Shown here in pieces: positions 20,790 to 27,975 of a stretch of 32,000 nucleotides of DNA. Source of the stretch: Psychrobacter cryohalolentis K5. Its GTDB lineage: Bacteria > Pseudomonadota > Gammaproteobacteria > Pseudomonadales > Moraxellaceae. The translations under genes and the position numbers were made by a program. The notes beneath the pieces are model-generated. The model was not told the origin of the DNA and ran no database searches. It saw only the letters and a program-made list of their open reading frames with translations. The first letter of the stretch is position 1. Each line of letters begins with the position of its first letter. The stretch is from the NCBI RefSeq assembly GCF_000013905.1, contig NC_007969.1, positions 270,001-302,000 on the forward strand, read 5' to 3'.

Positions 20790-22210
20790 GTTTTACCATT
20801 ACCTTTATAGCCACTTTTATCTTCAACTGTAATACCATTGAATTCAAGCTCTTTACTAACCTTTTCAAGCAGCTGCAACTCTTCTTCTATCAGCATCAGC
20901 ATATCTTGCACATGAGGTAAGGCCTTGCTACAGGCAGTAATACCAAATTCAATCTTATCCAAATAACTTGCCAGCGTAATATTCATCGCTTGCCCGTTGA
21001 AGACAATCGAGGCAGGGTACAAAGATTGTAGGCGCGCGCCATTCCAATACAATGATTTTTCGGAGCCTGGTACATTTGAGATAATCAGGTTGAAGGCTTG
21101 TTTTTTAGGAAACAAACCAGTCGCCAGATTAATCCCTTCCCATGCATAAGACACCACACTGTAGTTAATAACTTGCGCTTGATTCATACGTCTAAAACGG
21201 CGTTTTCCATTGTTCATACTGCGATGAATTAGCTTGATTCTACTCAATGGATCATCCAGATGAGTACCCAGATTGGCAAGGACAAATGACAGCTGATTGC
21301 CCGCGACACTATCGTCAGTTCGTAAAGACATGGGCACGAACGCAATCAGAGGCTTGCTAGGTAGTGCATCCATCGAAATCAAATAACGCCGGATAGCACC
21401 AGCACAAACGGCTAGTACTACATCGTTTTTGCTAATATTAATACGCTCAGCAATATCGTTGAAGCGCTTAATATCATAAGATTGTGCCGCTATGCGCCTC
21501 GATGCTGAGATGCGTCTGTTTAGAATACTTCTCGGGGCATCAAAGGTACTGACATAGCTGTCGTCATTATAATTTTTAAAATTATCCAGTAATTCTGTGA
21601 ACACAGGCTTAATGGTAGATACTTGCTCTTTCAGGATGCGTAAAGCGGAGCGCTCTTTGGGCAAGATAGCATCGATCTGATTGCGATGGCGTGCCATTAA
21701 TGACCAAATAGGCAAAGTAACTGGCTCATTGGGCGATTGTGACAAGGATTTTTTGACCAAACGCATGGCAGCGATGCCATCAACCAGCGAGTGATGGATT
21801 TTGAAATACAGCGCAAAGCGCTCTGGGCTACCTTCGCTCTCTGGCTGAATGCCTTCAATCACATGGCATTCCCACAGGGGCATAGCACGGTCTAATAGAC
21901 GACCATGCTCTCTTGAAACATACATCAAAAGTTCGCGCACACGGGCGGGCTTGGGTAGGGCGACATGATGCAAGTGGTGCTCGACATCAAAATTTTTGTC
22001 TTTTTTCCAAAATACCATATGCTCAAGCACTTGGTTGAACGGAAACGTTGGCGGTACATGAGAGTCTTGCATCTGCTTTACAAGCTGATGAACAAAACTG
22101 ATATCGGCATCCTCTGGTAATTCAAATAAAAATAGACCTCCAACATGCATGGGTTGTTTACGCGACTCAAGAAGTAAAAACAACTGGTCGACTGCTGTAA
22201 GAAGTCGCAT
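20771..22210 (-). CDS. atfA: Wax ester synthase / acyl-CoA:diacylglycerol acyltransferase (WS/DGAT)
   Basis: About 479 aa with the catalytic HHxxxDG motif (HHSLVDG), N-terminal PMHVGGL and C-terminal NVPGS blocks typical of the AtfA family. The ATG at 22210 (MRLLTAVDQLFL..) is preferred over 22243. Confidence 0.88.
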   Translation of the reverse strand: MRLLTAVDQLFLLLESRKQPMHVGGLFLFELPEDADISFVHQLVKQMQDSHVPPTFPFNQVLEHMVFWKKDKNFDVEHHLHHVALPKPARVRELLMYVSREHGRLLDRAMPLWECHVIEGIQPESEGSPERFALYFKIHHSLVDGIAAMRLVKKSLSQSPNEPVTLPIWSLMARHRNQIDAILPKERSALRILKEQVSTIKPVFTELLDNFKNYNDDSYVSTFDAPRSILNRRISASRRIAAQSYDIKRFNDIAERINISKNDVVLAVCAGAIRRYLISMDALPSKPLIAFVPMSLRTDDSVAGNQLSFVLANLGTHLDDPLSRIKLIHRSMNNGKRRFRRMNQAQVINYSVVSYAWEGINLATGLFPKKQAFNLIISNVPGSEKSLYWNGARLQSLYPASIVFNGQAMNITLASYLDKIEFGITACSKALPHVQDMLMLIEEELQLLEKVSKELEFNGITVEDKSGYKGNGKTKKLAP

Positions 22211-22256
22211 AATAAATCCTTTTATAATGAAAAATATAATCACCTAACCTTTAATA

Positions 22257-23081
22257 CTACTGAAAAAAGTATCCCGTCTGTGGTGAGCTGGCAGTTGCCA
22301 TTTTGCGCATCGGCATACGACCCGCCAAGAAAGCCTGACGACCTGCCCATACCGCATGTTTCATTGCTTGAGCCATCATCACAGGATTTTGCGCATTAGC
22401 AATGGCTGAATTCATCAGTACGCCATCACAGCCAAGTTCCATGGCAATCGCGGCATCAGAAGCTGTACCGACACCAGCATCAACCAATACGGGTACTTTC
22501 GCATTTTCAATAATCAAGCTTAATGTATGGCGATTGAGCAAACCAAGACCAGAGCCAATCAGACTACCAAGTGGCATAATTGCCACGCAGCCCATACTCT
22601 CTAATTCTTGAGCAACGATAGGGTCGTCTGACGTATATACCATGACCTCAAAACCGTCATCAATCAACACTTTGGCAGCTTTGAGTGTTTCCATCACATT
22701 AGGGTATAAGGTTTTTTCGTCCCCTAATACTTCAAGCTTAACCAGATTATGCCCGCCTAATAGCTCGCGAGCAAGCTTACAAGTACGAATCGCCGTTTCT
22801 GCATCAAAACAACCCGCTGTATTTGGCAAAATAGTGTATTTATCTGGTGAAATGACATCAAGCAAATTGGGCTCATTGCTATTTTGACCGATATTGGTAC
22901 GACGAATAGCGACCGTCACTATCTCTGCTGCTGACGCGCCGATGGCGGCACCCGTTTCAGTCATATCTTTATACTTACCCGTACCGACCAATAATCGAGA
23001 AGAAAAAGTACGACTGCCTACCGTAAAAGTATCTTGCAAAAGGGGTGTCGATTGAGTGGCAGTGCTAGTGTTATCTGACAT
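22257..23081 (-). CDS. thiG: Thiazole synthase ThiG
   Basis: SRLLxGTGKY, VTVAxRR, LPNTAGC, VMPLGSxIGSGxG and GVLxNxAIA motifs. The ATG at 23081 (MSDNTS..) is preferred over 23111. Confidence 0.94.
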   Translation of the reverse strand: MSDNTSTATQSTPLLQDTFTVGSRTFSSRLLVGTGKYKDMTETGAAIGASAAEIVTVAIRRTNIGQNSNEPNLLDVISPDKYTILPNTAGCFDAETAIRTCKLARELLGGHNLVKLEVLGDEKTLYPNVMETLKAAKVLIDDGFEVMVYTSDDPIVAQELESMGCVAIMPLGSLIGSGLGLLNRHTLSLIIENAKVPVLVDAGVGTASDAAIAMELGCDGVLMNSAIANAQNPVMMAQAMKHAVWAGRQAFLAGRMPMRKMATASSPQTGYFFQ

Positions 23082-23242
23082 AACTGAAAATCCTAATGGC
23101 GAGTAAAACAAAATGCTATTATAACAAAATCATGCAATCTTACTTGCAGTCTTTTTGAGTTGAGCCAGTTAAGAATAATACATTTACCATGCTTTGATAC
23201 AAGTTTTTTTCTGAGTTTTTCTTTATCTATTAGGTCGTTTTT

Positions 23243-24811
23243 ATGATGCAACTGCCGTACAGTTTTGCAAAACGCCATCAGATTTTGGTTATTCTAGCCA
23301 TTGATCCTGAGCTGCCACCGACATTGCTATTGACCAAGGTGACGCCGCTTTCAGCAATCAATGAAGCGGTGCGATTTTTACAGCAGCAAGGCATACGCGG
23401 TGTGCCAATATATGAAAGTGTCAGCTCGGACGATTTTGAGAAACGCATGAATGCCGCTTATGCAGGTAATACTGGCGAGTCACAGCATATCGCCGCTGGC
23501 CTTGAAGACCATCCTGATCTTGATAGCTTGGCAGATAGCGTGCCTGAAACTGAAGACTTGATGGACCAACAAGACGATGCACCTATTATCCGTCTGATTA
23601 ATGCATTATTGTCCGAGGCGATACGTCTAAACGCCTCAGATATCCATATTGAAACCTTTGAAAAACGCTTGGTCGTTCGATTCCGCGTCGATGGTGAGCT
23701 TAAAGAAATCATCACACCAAAACGTCAATTAGCGCCGTTATTAGTATCGCGTATTAAAGTGATGGCAAAACTGGATATCGCTGAAAAGCGCGTGCCGCAA
23801 GATGGGCGTATTAGCTTGCGCTTAGCGGGGCGCGAGGTTGATGTGCGGGTATCGACATTGCCGTCAAGTTTTGGTGAGCGTGTGGTCATGCGCTTACTAG
23901 ATAAGCAAGCAGGTCGCCTGAATATGACCTATTTGGGTCTATCTGATAATGATTATAGTGAGCTTAAGCGCTTAATCCATCGCCCGCATGGCATTATTTT
24001 AGTGACAGGACCGACAGGCTCGGGTAAAACCACCACGCTATATTCCGCATTGACTGATTTAAATGATCAAACCCGTAATATCTTGACGGCTGAAGATCCA
24101 ATTGAATTTCAGCTCGATGGTATTGGGCAAACGCAGGTCAATAATAAAGTCGATATGACCTTTGCTAAGAGCTTGCGTGCAATGTTGCGTCAAGACCCAG
24201 ACGTGGTCATGGTGGGTGAAATTCGCGATTTAGAGACAGCAGAAATCGCTGTGCAAGCATCTTTAACAGGGCATTTGGTCTTATCAACCCTACATACCAA
24301 CACCGCTATTGGAGCGGTTACGCGCTTGCAAGATATGGGTGTTGAGCCGTTTTTATTATCATCATCATTGATAGGCGTGGTCGCCCAGCGTTTGGTACGT
24401 ACGTTATGTACACATTGTCATGATTGGCAAATAGCTGACCCTGAACAAGCCAAATTGTTTACTGAGATTGGTATTCAATCAATGTCTGACAATATTGCAG
24501 CTAACAATGCTGCTGATAATCTGACAGATAAAGCTATCAAGCTACCTAGAGCAGTCGGCTGCGATAAGTGTAACCAATCAGGCTTCAAAGGGCGAACAGC
24601 GATATATGAAGTGGTGCCCGTTGATGATGCGCTGCGACGCATGATTCATAGCAATACCGCCGAGTATGAGCTAGAAGAGTACGCCCGCCAAAAGACACCA
24701 TCAATTCGTGCTGATGGTTTGCGTAAGGTAATCGCGGGACGTACGACATTAGAAGAAGTGCTACGCGTGACCAAAGAAAGCGCCCTACTTGAGGACGCTT
24801 TGATTGTTTAG
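23243..24811 (+). CDS. gspE: Type II secretion system ATPase GspE
   Basis: N-terminal LPYSFAKRHQIL (GspE N1 domain), SDIHIE, Walker A GPTGSGKTT, Asp/His boxes, and a C-terminal tetracysteine CxxC...CxxC zinc motif (CTHCH..CDKCN). Confidence 0.9.
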   Translation: MMQLPYSFAKRHQILVILAIDPELPPTLLLTKVTPLSAINEAVRFLQQQGIRGVPIYESVSSDDFEKRMNAAYAGNTGESQHIAAGLEDHPDLDSLADSVPETEDLMDQQDDAPIIRLINALLSEAIRLNASDIHIETFEKRLVVRFRVDGELKEIITPKRQLAPLLVSRIKVMAKLDIAEKRVPQDGRISLRLAGREVDVRVSTLPSSFGERVVMRLLDKQAGRLNMTYLGLSDNDYSELKRLIHRPHGIILVTGPTGSGKTTTLYSALTDLNDQTRNILTAEDPIEFQLDGIGQTQVNNKVDMTFAKSLRAMLRQDPDVVMVGEIRDLETAEIAVQASLTGHLVLSTLHTNTAIGAVTRLQDMGVEPFLLSSSLIGVVAQRLVRTLCTHCHDWQIADPEQAKLFTEIGIQSMSDNIAANNAADNLTDKAIKLPRAVGCDKCNQSGFKGRTAIYEVVPVDDALRRMIHSNTAEYELEEYARQKTPSIRADGLRKVIAGRTTLEEVLRVTKESALLEDALIV

Positions 24812-24833
24812 AGTAATATTTTAAGAGACATTT

Positions 24834-25358
24834 TTATTTGACAGCGATACATTCAACTTCAACGCTGGCACCTGCCGCCAATTCAGCTACGCCAAAAGCT
24901 GAACGGACGGGATAAGGCTTTGCCAGTTCAGCCTTATAGATTTTATTGAAGTCATTAAAATCGTCCATATCGGTGAGCATCACCATACACTTAACGATAT
25001 CTGACTTTTGGTAACCATATTTCAATAACGTAGTATTGATATTATCCATTGTCTGTTTGGCTTCGGCTTTAACACCGCCTTTGACCAGCTTGCCATCTTT
25101 AAAGCCAATCTGACCAGACATATACAAAGTATCGCCGACACGGACTGCTTCTGAGAAAGGATAATTGCCGCCGTCACCTAAAAACACAGGGCTAGACTTA
25201 GTGATAGTTGCTCCATGATGTGTATGAGTTGAAGTTTTTTCGGGCGCAGCAGTGGCACTAACGGTAAATCCTAATGCACAGATACTGATAAGAAAAGCCT
25301 TGGATAAATTAGTAAGCGCTGTTTTAGAAATAGCTTTGGAAATCATTTTGGACATCAT
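24834..25358 (-). CDS. RidA/YjgF/Rid-family protein with N-terminal signal peptide
   Basis: The C-terminal ~125 aa show the YjgF/RidA pattern (GDTLYMSGQIG ... VKCxVxLxDMxDFxxxNxxY ... PxRSAFGVAxLxxGAxVEVECIA). The N-terminus has a K-rich n-region, a hydrophobic core and an SATA-AP cleavage-like site. AAGGAG SD upstream. Confidence 0.78.
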   Translation of the reverse strand: MMSKMISKAISKTALTNLSKAFLISICALGFTVSATAAPEKTSTHTHHGATITKSSPVFLGDGGNYPFSEAVRVGDTLYMSGQIGFKDGKLVKGGVKAEAKQTMDNINTTLLKYGYQKSDIVKCMVMLTDMDDFNDFNKIYKAELAKPYPVRSAFGVAELAAGASVEVECIAVK

Positions 25359-25397
25359 TGTCTCCTTATTATAAGTTTATAAATCACTGCTATACGA

Positions 25398-25435
25398 AGT
25401 GCGCTATAAAAATGCTTGAACATGGATAGCGCACT
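25398..25435 (-). terminator. Perfect 10-bp inverted repeat downstream of the hotdog-fold gene (possible terminator)
   Basis: AGTGCGCTAT (25398-25407) and ATAGCGCACT (25426-25435) with an 18-nt loop. No clean T-run follows, so a terminator function is tentative. Confidence 0.4.
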
Positions 25436-25501
25436 ACTTTACGTATTCTTAATATATTAGTTATCTTAAACAGCCTCATCATTATCAGCTGATTGATTGT
25501 C

Positions 25502-26218
25502 TTACTTAGTTTCTACTTTTGCGTCTGTTTCTACTTCTACTACTTTGGTATGAGACTCAGTATCAGCCTCTGCCGACTTTTCATTAGCTTTGCCTTGACG
25601 ACGCGCTTCTAACTCAGACTTAGGTATCCAAGCCCATGTCATCTCGACTACGATTGGGTCGCGATCACTGTCCGACTCACGGTCATGAATGACACATGGA
25701 ATAATCATTTCGCCTTTCGGAGTATTTAAAATATCTAAACGCTGCTCATCAGATAAGCTTGCGATGGCAGCCATTTGTCCTTTTTTAATCGGTCGATAGA
25801 AATTCACTGAATAAGACTTAATCAATAGTACACGATCAGCAGGTAAGTTTAAGCCTAAAATGAATCCCGTTGCCGTTTCAGCAAGCAAAGTAATGGCAAC
25901 TGCATGGACGGAGCCGATATGGTTTTGCACCGCTTTGGTATTATTTAAACTGACCACCACTTGGTTTGGCTCGACCGTTTCATAGTAGATACCCGTTGTG
26001 CCCACATAAGGTACTACCTTACCAAATGCTTTCGATAAAATGCTCGAACGTGCACCAGCAGGTAAATATTTGGTGATAGATAACAGTTTGGTAAATTGAT
26101 TGCTGATTGGTTTAAGTGTGCTATTGGTTTTTTCGACTGCAGGTTTTGTGTTCTCAGAGACTTTGGCTGGCAGTTTATTGGTCCGTTTGATCGGGAGTTT
26201 TTTTAATAATCCTGACAT
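25502..26218 (-). CDS. Hotdog-fold (DUF4442 / PaaI-thioesterase-like) protein with basic N-terminal and charged C-terminal tails
   Basis: The central ~130 aa (NHIGSVHAVAITLLAETATG ... SYSVNFYRPxKKG) resemble the DUF4442/YiiD C-terminal hotdog family. GAGGAA SD upstream. The assignment is by pattern only. Confidence 0.5.
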   Translation of the reverse strand: MSGLLKKLPIKRTNKLPAKVSENTKPAVEKTNSTLKPISNQFTKLLSITKYLPAGARSSILSKAFGKVVPYVGTTGIYYETVEPNQVVVSLNNTKAVQNHIGSVHAVAITLLAETATGFILGLNLPADRVLLIKSYSVNFYRPIKKGQMAAIASLSDEQRLDILNTPKGEMIIPCVIHDRESDSDRDPIVVEMTWAWIPKSELEARRQGKANEKSAEADTESHTKVVEVETDAKVETK

Positions 26219-26466
26219 ACAATATTCCTCATTTAAGTGGGATTTACAATGCTAATGATACTAGGGTTAAAAGGCTCATGGTATAAATGAGTCACCGAAT
26301 AGGCTTTATGCTAGCAGCTATTTTAGTTATGGTACATTAACTGCTCAGTCGCTACTATTATTACCATGTACTGCTGCGCTTACAAAATAACAGTGACGTA
26401 ACGGCATCTTAGGCGTTAGTAATTTAAGCACTGATACCCTGTAGAGCGAGTAACTATAATGATAAA

Positions 26467-27963
26467 ATGTTAGCGCTTTTTCATACTTTTTTGTTGGATA
26501 ATGTTATGCCTGATATGTGTGATGATAAGCCGACCAATATTATTTATACGGGCGTCGCGGGTACTGGTAAAACCTACCGATTGCTCCAAATTTCTAAAGA
26601 ATATACGGACTATCTGCCTAAATCCAATAATGAGGATTTACTCAAGCAGTTATTGCAAGAATTGAACTGGCGTGATGTGGTGTGTTTAATATTTTTAGAT
26701 TTTCAGTCGCAAAAACAGGACTTAGTAAAAGTACCTGAAATCGTTAATCATGAGTTTTTTATCGCCAAAGCATTACAAAACGCACGTGAGAAAAATTTAA
26801 GTAATACAGCGTGGTCTGTACTGCAAATGCACAGTCCAACCAGCTCACAGACGGTTGCGTATAAAAATAGAGCCAGCCAAGCGTATTTTGATAAAGACCC
26901 TAGCGGTGCGTGGTATTTACTGCCTGACAGCCTGATGCTATTAAGCGAATTGTCAGAGCAATTGTCAGAATTTCAGCAGGCGCAACGTGATAATAGTGCC
27001 AGCCAAACTCAACGCTTTAGCCAACAGCGCTTTAGTATGGTCAGTTTCCATCAGGCATATGGCTATGAAGAGTTTGTCGAGGGCATTCGCCCGGTAATGG
27101 CAGCTTCTAATCAGTCGAATAACAGCTCATCTCAAATGAGCTATGCCATTACTGATGGCGCCTTTTTAAAGCTCTGTCAGCGCGCGGCAAATGATCCTCA
27201 GCAGCGTTATGCGATGCTGATTGACGAGATTAATCGTGCCAACGTCTCACGCGTTTTTGGTGAATTGCTCAGCCTTATTGAACCTGATAAACGAGCAGGT
27301 ACGCCCAATGCGATGACAGTAAGTTTGGCATACTCTGGGCGAGCGTTTAGCGTGCCTGCCAATGTTGATATCTATGCGACCATGAATACCCAAGATCATT
27401 CGTTAGCGCCACTAGATATGGCACTGCGTCGTCGTTTTCGCTTTATTAACTGTCCGCCGCAGCCTGAGCTATTACCGATTATCAACCTCAATAAAGGATT
27501 AGAAATAGTCGACGAAGCGGAGTGCATCAATTTAGCCAAAGTATTAACGGGTTTAAATCATCGTATTAGCCAAACGTTAGGGATTGAGGCGCAAATGGGT
27601 CATGCGTTTTTATTCTCCGTGCATAGTCTTGAGCAGTTACAAATGGCACTTACTGAGCAAATTATTCCACAATTAGCCCAAGCAGCTGGCGGGCAAGTGG
27701 CTGTCTTGCAGTATATTTTTAGAGATGAACAGCAGCCAATATCGGCACAATTTATTCATGATAGTCAAACGTCAATACATAACGGTATGTCCACTCAAAT
27801 GGCTAGCGAGAATGGTATAGCTTCTCAGAACTCCATGTTTGCAGGACAGCAATCCTATTTTACTCAATCTATAAATGCCGGCAGTTATGCAATTAATACT
27901 GACCTTATTGCCAATACTGGCAAGTTCACCCAGCTTGCCGTCTATCAGCGCTTATATCCATGA
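26467..27963 (+). CDS. McrB-like AAA+ NTPase (type IV restriction GTPase-subunit homologue), atypical architecture
   Basis: Walker A GVAGTGKT (26551-26574), FHQAYGYEEFVEGIRP (from 27046), Walker B LIDEINRANVSRVFGELLSLIEPDKR (D253 at 27223), MNTQD (27382-27396) and RRRFRF are all McrB-family signatures. There is no N-terminal DNA-binding domain. An alternative start is the ATG at 26506. Confidence 0.85.
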   Translation: MLALFHTFLLDNVMPDMCDDKPTNIIYTGVAGTGKTYRLLQISKEYTDYLPKSNNEDLLKQLLQELNWRDVVCLIFLDFQSQKQDLVKVPEIVNHEFFIAKALQNAREKNLSNTAWSVLQMHSPTSSQTVAYKNRASQAYFDKDPSGAWYLLPDSLMLLSELSEQLSEFQQAQRDNSASQTQRFSQQRFSMVSFHQAYGYEEFVEGIRPVMAASNQSNNSSSQMSYAITDGAFLKLCQRAANDPQQRYAMLIDEINRANVSRVFGELLSLIEPDKRAGTPNAMTVSLAYSGRAFSVPANVDIYATMNTQDHSLAPLDMALRRRFRFINCPPQPELLPIINLNKGLEIVDEAECINLAKVLTGLNHRISQTLGIEAQMGHAFLFSVHSLEQLQMALTEQIIPQLAQAAGGQVAVLQYIFRDEQQPISAQFIHDSQTSIHNGMSTQMASENGIASQNSMFAGQQSYFTQSINAGSYAINTDLIANTGKFTQLAVYQRLYP

Positions 27964-27975
27964 GGATGTTAATCG

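Noticed and set aside
23082-23242. Possible TPP (THI-box) riboswitch upstream of thiG (also checked at 261-371 upstream of thiS)
   Set aside because: There is no CUGAGA core and no pyrimidine-sensing helix pattern on the coding (minus) strand of either region.
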